A stretch of DNA of 64,000 bases, taken from contig NC_042997.1 in NCBI RefSeq assembly GCF_006345805.1, forward strand, positions 12,710,001-12,774,000, written 5' to 3'. The notes below the pieces were generated by a model. That model searched no databases. It was not told where the DNA came from and saw only the letters and a list, made by a program, of their open reading frames with translations. Each line of letters starts with the position of its first letter. Position 1 is the first letter of the stretch. The position numbers were made by a program, and so were the translations under genes. Shown piece by piece: positions 13,080 through 25,960 of the stretch. The DNA comes from Octopus sinensis (taxonomy: Eukaryota).

Positions 13080-13458
13080 TACTACTACTACTACTACTGC
13101 GGCTGTCGTCACTGTTGCGGCTGCTGCTGTTCTTGTTGCTACCGCTGTTGCTGTTTCTGCTACTTCTGTTGTTACTCTTAGGTGGAGTTTGTATCGTGAA
13201 GCTTTTGTTTTCCTCCTCCTCCTCCTCCTCCTCCTCCCTTTTCTTTCTGTTGCTGCTAGTAATTGAGGGAATGGGAGGGAAATCTTCAACCGTTGCCATA
13301 TTCGTGGGAGGGGGTGGTTTTGTATTTTTCCAACTCTTTTTCAAAACACGTACCGCCATCTTGTTGGCGGTACGTGTCTTGATTTTATTAAATTTGCATT
13401 TGATTTTATTAAATTAAATTAAATTAAACGCCGAGGGAAATTATTTGGTGGGATGAAT
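10772..13458 (-). mobile_element. Degenerate L1/Tx1-like element encoding only an ORF1-like protein; boundaries tentative
   Basis: Frameshifted segments ERRTVLF...IEYIARGKYCGTISVLLKS and IPHNIRLQNGMEIHIITDGKRPHCF align with the ORF at 50108-50740. No endonuclease or RT follows. Possible 8-bp TSD atcagact at 10764-10771 and 13459-13466. Confidence 0.65.
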
Positions 13459-13474
13459 ATCAGACTTCTAAGGG

Positions 13475-13783
13475 CTAAGCAACCCTAGAAAATTTGATTT
13501 TTATTTCTTTGATAAACCCACGTATCGTCTGTAGTAGTGTTTCCAACTTTTTATCATTTGTAGCGTATAGTTTTATGTCATCTATATATAAAAGGTGGCT
13601 GATTGTTCTGCTGTAACATTTGCATCCGCATCCAATTCTATTTAGCATATCAGATAGAGGTGTCAGTGCCAAGCAGAAAAGGAGTGGAGAACGCGTGTCT
13701 CCCTGGAATATTCCTCTCCTAGTGGGGATAGCTTTGGTTTGCGCGAGTCCCTCTTTTGTTTGGAGCTCTATCGCGTCTGCCAT
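13475..13783 (-). pseudogene. Dong/R4-type LINE reverse transcriptase fragment
   Basis: RRGIFQGDTRSPLLFCLAL...ISHLLYIDDIKLYA, the RT motifs QGD and YxDD. Confidence 0.9.
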
Positions 13784-13854
13784 TCATCATCATTAACATC
13801 ATCATCATCATCATCATCATTATCATTATCATTATCATCATTATCATTATTATT

Positions 13855-14575
13855 TTATGTTTGACTTTTGCTTTACATTTGCAGAAGTTGATTCCAAGTC
13901 TCACCCAGAGACCTCAAGAGACAACAAGTTGGAAGTTCATGTTGGTGTTATGCCTAGGGTGCCATATATTTAGTTTTGTACATAGTGTTGTTCTAGAGAG
14001 TGTTTAAGAAACCATAAGAAAATTATGTTTATTTCAAAACTTGAGATTACATAGAAAGTATTTTGCGTAGGATATGGGCAGGCCCCATGAGCACTATCTT
14101 TTGAATTTCTGCCCTTATGGGGTTTCCTGGTATCTGAGCTAGGTAGCAATCATCCCTTTTTGCTATCATTCCTAGGACACCTATGACAACAGTTACTGTT
14201 TTAGTCTTCTGGTTCCACATTTTGCCAATTTCTATTTCAAGATCTTTATACTTGCTCAGTGTTTGGTAGGTCTTGACAGATAAGTTTATATCAATTGGGA
14301 CAGTCATATCAATGAGGAGGCATGATTTTTGTTTGAAATCTTTCAACATGATGTCTGGGTGAAGTTCCAGAGGAGTGAGATGTGATCATTTTCAAGCACT
14401 GGAGGTGCTTTGTGTTCCCACCAGTTTTTATCCTGGGGCAAGTCCAGGCTTTTGCAAATTGAATATATTGTGCAGCTCTACCATACCTGTTGAGATACTC
14501 TGTAGACGCAAGAAGACTGCACTTGGAGACATGATCAATGGTTTCATTGTGTTGTTGACATACACGACATGTTGC
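13855..14575 (-). mobile_element. Dong/R4-type LINE 3' fragment: CCHC finger, restriction-like endonuclease, 3'UTR and (ATA/ATG)n tail
   Basis: CRVC...ETIDHV..C, PDIML..., LLIDMTVP.D...KY.DLEIEI..MW, ILRKILSM*. Flanked by trinucleotide repeats on both sides. Confidence 0.9.
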
Positions 14576-14640
14576 GCTTCTTCTTCTTCTTCTTCTTCTT
14601 CTTCTTCTTCTTCTTCTTCTTCTTCTTCTTCTTCTTCTTC

Positions 14641-14691
<51 letters not shown>

Positions 14692-14927
14692 TATTATTAT
14701 TATTATTGTTATGTTGTTGTGTTTGTTGTTATATATGTTGTTATTATTATTATTATTATTGTTATTATTATTATTATTATTATTATATTATTATTAGTAG
14801 TAGTAAGTAGTAGTAGTTGTAGTAGTAGTAGTAAGTAGTAGTAGCATTAACACCAACAACAACAACAACAATATCAATATCGTGTGTCATCATCATTGCC
14901 ATCATCATCATCATCATCATCATCATT

Positions 14928-14959
<32 letters not shown>

Positions 14960-15010
14960 CATCATCGTTGTCGTCATCATCACTATCGTCATTGTCACCG
15001 CCATCGTCAA
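14576..15010. repeat. Chain of trinucleotide microsatellites (TTC)n(TTA)n(TAG)n(CAA)n(TCA)n
   Basis: Read directly from the sequence. Confidence 0.9.
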
Positions 15011-15719
15011 CCTCACCATTATCAATTTCGCAGTTTTCACCTTCCTTGATCAATAGCTTCTTTTCGCTATACTTCCATCGCTTCTCCCGCTCTGTTTTCA
15101 TTTCCCTACATTTCCTAGGTTTGCAGATGTTTACAGCAACAACAACAACAAAAACTACAAGGAGAGTAACAAAAACAGGAGCAGCAACAACAAGAGTTCT
15201 CTGCCTCAGTGCCATATTAAGTGCAGCTGTCTACTGTCCAACACATTTCTTGTTTTAGACATTCGTGTTGAGTGATGTGGAGAGCTGCAAATATATAACA
15301 AATCATCTCTCACCTTTCACTATATTGGATATACACAGATTGACGACCAGAGGCTGTGATTTTGTCTCGACTATTCTGCGTGCAACATCTTAATATTAAT
15401 ACGCAAGCACTACGTGATGTATCACAACATCTTCAAACACTGCAATGAGTTTGTAATATTTCAAACAGAAACTAGTATTGCCTCAGGAAACAAATCTGTA
15501 TGTTTCTATGTGTTCGAGTACATATACATACGTACTGATAGATGCATATATATATATTTCAGTAATTATATACATATAGTCAGGCAAACATATATTTATA
15601 TCTTAAGGTGTACATACACACAGACACACCCACTACACACACTCAGAGATATACATACATACACATATATATATACATACATACATACATATAATATATA
15701 TATATATATATATAATAAT

Positions 15720-15756
<37 letters not shown>

Positions 15757-16330
15757 TATGTATGTATGTAATATATATATGTGTATGTATGTATATCTCT
15801 GAGTGTGTGTAGTGTGTGTCTGTGTGTATGTACACCTTAAGATATAAATATATGTTTGCCTGACTATATGTATATAATTACTGAAATATATATATATGCA
15901 TCTATCAGTTTCTCTTTCTATCTCTCTCTATTTCTCTTTCTCTTTTGCATATCCTCTTTTTATATAAATATGTCTATCTATCTTTCACCCCTCTCTCTTT
16001 TTAAACACACACATATACACATATTCAGACATACACGCACACACATGTATATACATTTAGGCATAGGCATATATCTTATGATAATCTTACACCTGAAGAT
16101 TATCAGCCACATAAACCACAGAAAAATGTCAAATACAGAAATATATTTACGTTAGGTAATCAAATATTTGCTTCCATCCATCTATACGTAAATGTGAAAG
16201 TGTATATGTACAATACATTATACAGACACACACACTCACATCTATATATACACACAAACATACAAAACACCTCAAGCAAATATATCCACAAACACTCACA
16301 CACATACGTTCAGACATTCACAAACACACA

Positions 16331-16729
16331 GAGTGGCTATGTGGTAAGTAGCTTGCTTACCAACCATATGGTTCCGGGTTCAGTTCCACTGCGTGGCATC
16401 TTGGGCAAGTGTCTTCTGCTATAGCCTCGGGCCGACCAATGCCTTGTGACTGGATTTGGTAGACGGAAACTGAAAGAAGCCCGTCGTATATATGTATATA
16501 TATATATGTGTGTGTGTTTGTGTGTCTGTGTTTGTCCCCCTAGCATTGCTTGACAACCGATGCTGGTGTGTTTATGTCCCCGTTACTTAGCGGTTCGGCA
16601 AAAGATACCGATAGAATAAGTACTGGGCTTACAAAAGAATAAGTCCCGGGGTCGATTTGCTCGATTAAAGGCGGTGCTCCAGCATGGCCGCAGTCCAAAT
16701 GACTGAAACAAGTAAAAGAATAGAAGAAT
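16331..16729 (+). mobile_element. SINE family A, full length
   Basis: Aligns by eye with 8391-8794. Confidence 0.9.
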
Positions 16730-16764
16730 ATATATAATATATATGTATATATATATATATATAA

Positions 16765-16817
<53 letters not shown>

Positions 16818-17075
16818 CACATATATGTACATATATATGTCTGTCCTATTGTGTGTGTATACATGTTTATATATATATGTGCTCGCATTTGTGTGTCAAG
16901 GCTTTATCAGCACTATCAGACTCAAACCACACTTCTTCCCAGCTGTAATTTGTATAAATTGAATTCTATTTGATTTCTCCCTCCTGCTATAATTGATCAG
17001 AATTAATCATTAAGACAGCGTGTTTTGTCATCATTCAGAATTCCTCCTATATTAATTATATGTGTGTCCAGCTTA

Positions 17076-17120
<45 letters not shown>

Positions 17121-17122
<2 letters not shown>

Positions 17123-17502
17123 CGCAGAGGTGGCTGTGTGGTAAGTAGCTTGCTAACCAACCACACGGTTGCGGGTTCAGTCCCACTGCGTGGCATCTTG
17201 GGCAAGTGTCTTCTGCTATAGCCCCGGGCCAACCAATGCCTTGTGAGTGGATTTGGTAGACGGAAACTGAAAGAAGCCTGTCGTAATATGTAATTATATA
17301 TGTATGTAGGTGCGTGTATGTATGTGTGTCTGTGTTTGTCCCCCTAGCATTGCTTGACAACCGATGCTGGTGTGTTTAGGTCCCTGTCACTTAGCGGTTC
17401 GGCAAAAAGAGACCGATAGAATAAGTACTAAAAGGCGGTGCTCCAGCATGGCCGCAGTCAAATGACTGAAACAAGTAAAAGAGTAAAAGAGAGTAAAAGA
17501 GT
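17121..17502 (+). mobile_element. SINE family A with an internal deletion in the 3' half
   Basis: Aligns with family A but lacks the gggcttacaaagaataagtcccggggtcgat segment. Confidence 0.9.
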
Positions 17503-17710
17503 ATATGCTTCACACAGACACACATACACACACATACGCACACACACTCATATGTATGTTTGTTATTTAGCAGTTTGGTAAAAGAGACATATTGAATACA
17601 TACCGAGTTTTAAAAATGTTAATACTGTGATTGATTCGTTTGACTAAATCTCTACGTGGCAGTGATCCAGCATGACCGTAGTCTAATAAATGGAAAAAGT
17701 AAGAGATAAA

Positions 17711-17875
17711 AGCTGTGTGACTGAGTGGTTAGAAGCTTGCTTCCCAGCCATATGGTTTCAGGTTCAGTACCGATGCGTGACAGCTTGACCAAGTACCTTC
17801 TACTACCGCCTCGGTTCGACCAAAGCCCTATGAGTCGATTTTGTAGACGGAAACTGAAAGAAGCCCGTCGTATAC

Positions 17876-17956
<81 letters not shown>

Positions 17957-18170
17957 CGCGTGTGTCTGTTTGTCCCCCCTCATCGGTTGATAACCGACGT
18001 TGGTGTGTTTATGTCCACGTAAAATAGCAAAATAGTCCAATAGAAAAAGTAGTAGGCTTACAAAGGATAAGCCCGCGTCTATGTGTTCGATTAAAAAGAC
18101 CTTTCGAGTGGTTCTCCAGCTTCAACGCAGTCAAATCACTGAAAGAAGTAAATGAATAAAAGAATAAAAG
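17711..18170 (+). mobile_element. SINE family A, diverged, with an expanded internal (TA)n
   Basis: Head, gacggaaactgaaagaagcccgtcg motif and tail are recognisable. Confidence 0.8.
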
Positions 18171-18201
<31 letters not shown>

Positions 18202-18204
18202 ATA

Positions 18205-18272
<68 letters not shown>

Positions 18273-18355
18273 TATATACATGTATATATAGTTATATAGG
18301 TTCCTATTACACGCAAATGCATGTGTAGTTGATTAGTCTCTCTGTTGTCACTCAC

Positions 18356-18480
18356 ATTCAGTCGTAGCTTTCTACGCTTCATAGCTATACGTGCTGTTGA
18401 TAAAGCACGGCTGGAATGATTTTTCGTGTGCGAGAATGACGAGGGTGGAACGATACCTTCACTAGTCAATGCTGCTGGTG
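18356..18480 (-). CDS. Candidate internal exon of an unidentified host gene (PAALTSEGIVPPSSFSHTKNHSSRALSTARIAMKRRKLRLN)
   Basis: Open frame, weak acceptor ctctataag, strong donor GTGAGT, non-repetitive sequence. No homology recognised. Confidence 0.3.
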
Positions 18481-19123
18481 CTTATAGAGAATCGTATTTT
18501 GGTTACCGTCTTCTATTCTGAAAATCTATAAAAGTGGGTGTGTAGCTGATCTATAATAATAGAGATTTAGATTTCAAAATCGCAAACGACTAAGAACAGT
18601 ATCATATAATGACAGATCAAATTTCAAATTTTCTCTCTTCAAATGCATTGGTTGTTTATTTCGGAATTGGTTTCTTTCGGATAAATTATTTACACAAATT
18701 GGCACCGTTGGCGAACAAGCGTACTCTTATGACAATTTATGGGATAATTTTTATTTTCTCTGCCTCTTAATTTTAAGATGTATTGCCTTAAACTATATAT
18801 TTCTTTCCAAACTATATTTGTATATGTTATACTTATATCTGAATTTGAAGATGTTCATAGTAAATATTGTATCATATAGTGAAATCATAATACCCGCAGT
18901 ATGTGAAAAAATAGAATCGCTTTTCAACTTCTGCGTGTGTTATAATTTTCAATATACATTCCCCTAGAAAGAGCAGTTGCATTAAATCGACGATTTAAGT
19001 AACAACTGCAGCAAATTATTTGCTAGAGTAAGAATTGATTACATCTGTGTGATCGAATGTCTTGTATCATCTAAGGATCAATGCTATCCAGACAGTTTCA
19101 AGTTATCAGAATTGAAGAGTGTA

Positions 19124-19336
19124 AAGGTAGTGAGTTGGCAGGATCTTTAGCATGCTGGGAAAATGCTTAGCGGAATTTCGTCTGGTTTTACGTTGAGTTC
19201 AAATTCCACCGAGGTCGACCTCACGTTTCACGTTTCAGGGTCGATAAAATAAGCACCATTTTTGTATTGGGGTTGATGCAATAGCCTTATCACGATCCTC
19301 AAAATTGCTGGCTTTGAGCCAAAATTTGAAGCCAGT
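19124..19336 (+). mobile_element. SINE family B; core resembles the Deu/Nin-type SINE domain (from recall)
   Basis: gagttggcag...gagttcaaattccaccgaggtcgac...ggggtcgataaaataag. Confidence 0.8.
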
Positions 19337-20744
19337 CTTGAAGAGTGTATATTATATAAGTATACCCAGAAGATGTTTTTCCCAGGGAAACATGAACTTA
19401 CTGGCTCCATTGAAAGACAGATATATATAGTATTATTGGTTGAATCGAATTATTTGCTCTCTTCTTGATTGAGATATTATGTGAATGAGTGTTACTTGTA
19501 TATGATTTTCTGAAGAAGACACTTCATGGATGTACTACATTTTATAGATTGAAATATCTATATAAGAGATATATCGGAAATTTTTCTACATAAACGTGTT
19601 ACGGTTCTTTTAATTACAATCAATGTGCTTGGAGTGTTTTTTGCGAAAATGGTTCCTCCATATGATAGAAGTGTTTTCCCGTGCATTGGCAATTTCTAAC
19701 TGTATTTTTTATAAGCGGGATTTTGTGTATCTCTTCATGCTGTGAATGTGTAAGTTGTAAGTTGTTAAAAAATGCTTTGTTTTTTATAAACATCTTTAAC
19801 TTCTCAGTGAAATGTAATCACAGTGTTGACTCAGCAGAAGAATAAAAGGGAAGACCAACTGTACTAGCTTCGCATCACATCCAAACGTTTCAATACAGTT
19901 AATTTCATCCAATCTACAGAGAGAGGGAGAGAGAAAGAAAGAGAGAGAGAGAGAGATACAGACAGAGAAATAAAGAGAGAGAAAGAGAAAGAGAGAGAGA
20001 CAGACAAATAGTGAGATAAAGAGTGTATAGTCAACATATAGTCTCTTGTTTGTATCTGCTTAATTTTGTGGTTGTTGATTTGAATTCAGTCAAAACAATG
20101 CCTATTGATGTAGCCCATTGCAATCACAAAGGGAAAATCAGAAATGATGTATTCTTGAATGACTTATACAGTTGTTGAAAATCTTTAGCTGAACTGTCTA
20201 TATTAGTAAAAGTCTGGATGTGTTTATGCATATGTTTGTGATGGCTTTGACAATCTCATCTTGGATACCACTGCTCAACATTGATCGATAACATAACCTT
20301 TCTCTTGACATTTTTCAAATGCGTTGACAGTAGGTTGTGTCAGCGAATTACGAGCAAAATCTCCGTGACACACTTCCACAGACGTAACATGTACTAAATT
20401 TCAATCGCAAGATGTGGATTAACCCAACACCGTGGCACTAATAATTGCAATACGAAGTTCTTGCCTATTCAACTATGGCAACGACCACTGCCTGCTAGCA
20501 TCATGTATTATGTGTATTTTCATATATAGCAGTTGCAATGTATATAAACGTTGTATACCTGCGGTGGGCAGCTATTCAATACATACAATTTTCTCATCAC
20601 GCATATTTTTAGGCATAACATAAAATGGACTATTTTAAGAAATTGCTTTGTTTCTATTTGTTTTAGGTCTTTCAAGCAAGTCGAATTAGTATATTCATCG
20701 CTAAATAATATCACATTGACCTAGATTTTTATAATAAGAAATTT

Positions 20745-20890
20745 GCGGTAAGAAGTTTGCTTCCCAACCAACGTTTCCAGGTACAGTCTCACTGCATGGC
20801 AACTTGAGCAGTATCTTCTACTCTACCTAGCGTTAGACCAACATCGCATATTGAGTGGATTTGGTACATAGAAATTGAAAACAGCCTCTC

Positions 20891-20972
<82 letters not shown>

Positions 20973-21250
20973 ATATATTATATATATATGTGTGTGTGTT
21001 GTGTGTGTGTGTGAAAGTAAAGGTAGAAAATGCTAAAGTAATTATATAAAAAAACATTTCAATACCTGTTTCAGTCATTGAGACTTTTTCAACTGTAAGT
21101 ATGGAAAACAATTAAATTTTGGAAAAATTAAAAGAAAAGTTAGACTAAATATCAGTCTTAAAAATTAAGTACTGGTGCGCATTCATTCGACTAAAAATCC
21201 TGGGACGTACACCAGTATGGTGCCGCCTAGTGATTGAAGAAAATAAAAGA
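20745..21250 (+). mobile_element. Diverged SINE family A-like copy split at its internal microsatellite by a small inverted insert
   Basis: 5' half at 20745-20895, (TA)n(TG)n tract, foreign segment at 21014-21150, tail-like segment at ~21160-21250. Confidence 0.55.
21060..21095 (-). ncRNA. Degenerate minimal hammerhead motif
   Basis: cag-TTGAAAA-agtc-tcaat-gact-GAAAC-ag-GTA-ttg. Stem II is perfect; the core has two substitutions from CTGAAGA. Confidence 0.45.
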
Positions 21251-21494
21251 TAATGGCTATGAAATATATGAGAATTAATGTGTGAGGTGACTATAAAAGA
21301 TGTGTGTGTGTGTGTGTGTGTGTGTATGCTAATTCAGAAGTCTGGTGTATACTCATGCGGGAATGAATATTGAAATATTGAAGCGGTTTTGTTGTATGTT
21401 AGCATTTCCAGTGTGAGATGTTATGACCCGGTATTCTAGAAGGCATAGTGCAGCTGTGTATGAGATTTTAAGCATGAATATGAATTAGTATGTT

Positions 21495-21690
21495 CTTATA
21501 TTCTTCTATTTGTTTCAGTCACTTGGCTGCGGCCATGATGGAGCAAAGCCTTTGGTCAATCAAATCGCCCCCAGGAATTATTGTTTGTAAGTCCAGTACT
21601 TATTCTATCAGTCTCTTTTTCGGGGGCACTAATTACGGAGACGTAAACACAGCGGCGTCGGTTGTTTAGCGATGGTGGGGAGGAGACAAA

Positions 21691-21695
<5 letters not shown>
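21495..21695 (-). mobile_element. SINE family A, 3' half
   Basis: Reverse complement of the family A tail. Confidence 0.8.
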
Positions 21696-21729
<34 letters not shown>

Positions 21730-21732
<3 letters not shown>

Positions 21733-22140
21733 CGGAGACGTGGCTGTATGGTTAGTAGCTTGCTTACCAACAACACAGTTGCGGGTACAGTCCCACTACG
21801 TGACACCTAAGGCAGGTGTCTTCTACTATAGCCACGGGCTGACTAAACGCTTGTGAGTGGATTTGGTAGACGGAAACTTAAAGTAGCCCGTCGCATATCT
21901 ATCTATATATATATGTATATATGTTTGCGTGCCTGTGTTTGTTCCCCCCCCCCAACATCGCTTGATAACCGATGCTAGTGTGCTTAGGTCGCCGTAACTT
22001 AGCAGTTCAGCAAAAGACCGACAGAATAACTACTAGGCTTTCATAAAATAAGTTCCTTGGTCGATTTGTTCGACTAAAGGCGGTGCTTCAGCTTGGCCAC
22101 AGTCAAAATGACTGAAACAAAAACAGTATAAAAGAACAAA
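21730..22140 (+). mobile_element. SINE family A, full length
   Basis: Aligns with family A. Confidence 0.85.
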
Positions 22141-22176
22141 GAATATAGACACACACATATACACACACATATATGC

Positions 22177-22213
<37 letters not shown>

Positions 22214-22214
<1 letters not shown>

Positions 22215-23153
22215 CGTTATATAATTAGGGCTCAGTAAAATAATTTACTTTACCACATACTGAAACTTTTAGAAATAGCAGCCAAAAAGTGTTTTTAGCC
22301 ATTTCTTCTACTATAAGAAAAATCTCCCAGATAGTATTTACTCAAAAATAATTCACGTAGATATGGAGGGAAAAACAGCAAAATATCACATGTACAAAGA
22401 TCATTTGAGAACGTTACGTTTCTGGATTAGTCGAATTAAAACTCGACATTTCTTTCGTCAGCTCAACATTTCTGAATTTGGATTTGAAAGCACTAAAAAT
22501 TGAAAATACCCGTCTGATATGAGTAATCTCAGACAAACCATCTCCAAACTGCCAGTGCCAACAAATTAAAAAAGTACGAGTGAGAACTTGTATTCCTCCC
22601 GCTTCCATCCACGTGAGTTATAGAGGAAACAAATTTTGGCGGTGAGAACCGTACATTATTTTACTGAGCCCAAATTATATAACGTAATATTTTGAATATT
22701 TGGCGGTTCTCACCGCCAAAATTTGTTTACTCTATAACTCACGTGGATGGAAGCGGGAGGAATACAAGTCTTCACTCGTACTTTTTGAATTTGTTGGCAC
22801 TGGCAGTTTGGAGATGGTTTGTCTGAGATTACTCATATCAGACGGGTATGTTCAATTTTTAGTGCTTTCAAATCCAAATTCAGAAATGTTGAGCTGACGA
22901 AAGAAATGTTGAGTTTAAGTTCAACTAATCCAGAAACGTAACGTTCTCAAATGATCTTTGTACATGTGATATTTTGTTGTTTTTCCCTCCATATCTACGT
23001 GAATTATTTTTGAGTAAACACTATCTGGGAGATTTTTCTTATAGTAGAAGAAATGGCTAAAAACTTTTTGGCTGCTATTTCTAAAAGTCTTAGTATGTGG
23101 TAAAGTAAATTATTTTACTGAGCCCTAATTATATAACGTAATATTTTGAATAT
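22214..23153. mobile_element. Fold-back element with ~440-bp inverted arms, each carrying a hammerhead motif; the spacer is a copy of the element terminus
   Basis: Arms 22214-22651 and 22704-23139 are near-identical reverse complements. Spacer 22655-22699 matches 23109-23153. Confidence 0.9.
22889..22950 (+). ncRNA. Type-I hammerhead motif; mirror copy at 22405-22466 on the minus strand
   Basis: ttgag-CTGACGA-[32 nt with gttgag/ttcaac hairpin]-GAAAC-gtaac-GTT-ctcaa. Stem I is a perfect 5 bp; the base of stem II pairs poorly. Confidence 0.6.
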
Positions 23154-23288
23154 ACCTTGAATGGTCCTTTTACATACTGAACACAACTTGGTGAAATTAA
23201 TTAATAATTAATTGATTTTACCCTTTTATTATTGGTATAAAATAATATATACATATACATATACTTACACACACCACACATATATATA

Positions 23289-23322
<34 letters not shown>

Positions 23323-23369
23323 CACATATATATATAGATATATATATATAATATATATATATATATATT

Positions 23370-23404
<35 letters not shown>

Positions 23405-23415
<11 letters not shown>

Positions 23416-23568
23416 ACGGCTTTTTTCAATTTCTATCTACTGAATCTGCTGACAAGGCTTTGATCGGCCGAGCTATGGTACAATATACCTGCCCAAGATG
23501 CCACGCAGTGGGACCAGAACCATGTGGCTGGTAAACAATCTACTTTCCACACTACAATTCCTGCGCCT
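23405..23568 (-). mobile_element. SINE family A, diverged 5' half
   Basis: Reverse complement of the head (ccacgcagtgggaccagaaccatgtggctggtaa). Confidence 0.75.
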
Positions 23569-24626
23569 ATACACACAAACATACACAGACACAAACACAC
23601 ACACACACACACACATGTGCAGACATATAAAGGTAATGTTTATATCCCGCTTAATGCGGGTGTTGGGATCTTTTCTGTTTAGCTGCTCCTATGGAGATTT
23701 CAAAGTTAAGTGAAAATTTTAAAATTTGTTGAGTTGAAGTAATTTTCGACCCTGAATCTCCAGGAATATTTTATTTTTCCAGAAAAAAACTTTTTGTGAA
23801 GTCAGAAAGCAGGATTTGGAATTTGTCATTTTGCGCGTGACACCACGTTCTGCCTACTCTAAACAAATGAGATATTGGCAGAATTCTGCTTTTCGGACGC
23901 CATATGATTTTTCTATTTTTTCTTTGTCTTTTTTTTTTTTTTTTTGAATTTTCAGAAAATTTTTGCGAATTTGTATTCTGCACATGGGAATTTATCCAAT
24001 TTTGCAGAAAGCTACTAAGAAACAGTTTTGATACATAATTTAAGGTCTATTTAGCTATCGTTTTTAGCATATCTCACAAGCACCGTAAGCGAAATATGAC
24101 TGCGGGGTTAAGCAGCTAGGTGACAGCTTGGTTTGTTACTATGGAAATAGGCATATGAATGTGTCTGTGGCTTACGATTGGCTACAATTTCTCAAAATTT
24201 GCAAACGTTAAAATTTATTCACTTTGTTTTTATTGAATTTATCTCAGTCATTAGCATAAAAGACTAAATATGAAATAAATTGGACAACAAATTGAATAAA
24301 TTGAAAAATAACAGACAAACAGAAAAGATCCGAGTGTTGTGTCAGAACGCAGAATATTGCATCGATTACCGTGGGAGCAGATCTCATGCGGATTCGCAGT
24401 ATATAAAAGTATTCGGGTTTATATCGATTAGCGAGCTTTTATGCATAATGTGTGAGGTCCTCTAGTGTTGTAATACAATACTTGTATTAAGTGGTAGATA
24501 AATATTATAATTTGGTATTAACGCTGTTTCTGAGGCTATTAATTATTAATTATTTACGTATACATACACACACACACAAACACACACACACACACACACG
24601 CACATATATATATATTATATATATAT

Positions 24627-24678
<52 letters not shown>

Positions 24679-24820
24679 TTGCATACAAACACAGATGCAT
24701 AAGTGCATTAGCTAGTGGTCGCCGTGTACCTATACACCCGAATATATGTATATCGGACAAGAGTCATATCGATTTATACAGCTTTTGCGCATAATATATA
24801 TATATGTGCATATATGTATG

Positions 24821-24886
<66 letters not shown>

Positions 24887-24959
24887 GCATACCGGTACGT
24901 AGCCCCTGGTTTTGCATGCATATTATATATATTATATGCATTATATATATATATATATA

Positions 24960-25005
<46 letters not shown>

Positions 25006-25761
25006 TATGTATATACATATGTACAAACATTTATATACATATATAGATGCATATGTATATATTACATCTATATATATGTATACATGTAATTATGCATATA
25101 TATATATATATGTGTATGTGTGTGTGTGTGTATATATATATATGTACGTTTATGTGCCTTTGTCTATATATATTTGTGTTTGTATGTGAGAGAGTGTGTG
25201 TCAATTTTTGTACATACATCGTGTATATGTGTGTCTGTATTTACGACGTGCATGCATGTTCATTCACATGTTCATGAGTGTTCAGTGCCGAAAGAACTTG
25301 AGAGGAAGAGAGAGCGAGTGAGAGAAAGAAAGAGAGAGAGAGAGATGAGAATGAAGGTAAGAGCAAATGATAAAGAGTATTTTGGAAGAGAACGGTGGAA
25401 AGTAGGCCATTAATGCAGAGTATAGAGGAAATGGCTGAGAGTGATATTTTGTGAAGGTGTGAATGACTTCGATGAACAAGATAAGAATATGTTGAACGAG
25501 AGATGAAGCAAAAATGATACAAGGCACAATTAGATGGAGTGAGATGCGTTTCGTACGTATGATGTGAGTTTCTTCTCTGCCTGATGACAAAGATAGGATG
25601 CAGCAAGAAAGGAAGCAAAGTAAAAACTAAATATGGTACCAAGAAACTGAAGGAAAGAAAAAATGTGGGAATGAACAAAAACAAAACTAGTAACCAGGAA
25701 GAAATACTGGATATTAAGTGCGAGATCTAAAGTAATGCATACACGAGCTCGTACATACTCA

Positions 25762-25960
<199 letters not shown>

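Noticed and set aside
14874-15258. ORFs with a hydrophobic segment (MALRQRTLVVAAPVFVTLLVV...)
   Set aside because: Hydrophobicity comes from (GTT)n repeats and the ORFs run into microsatellite. Splice context is ambiguous on both strands.
24505-24540. GAAAC-agc-GTT half-hammerhead on the minus strand
   Set aside because: There is no upstream CTGANGA or stem II.
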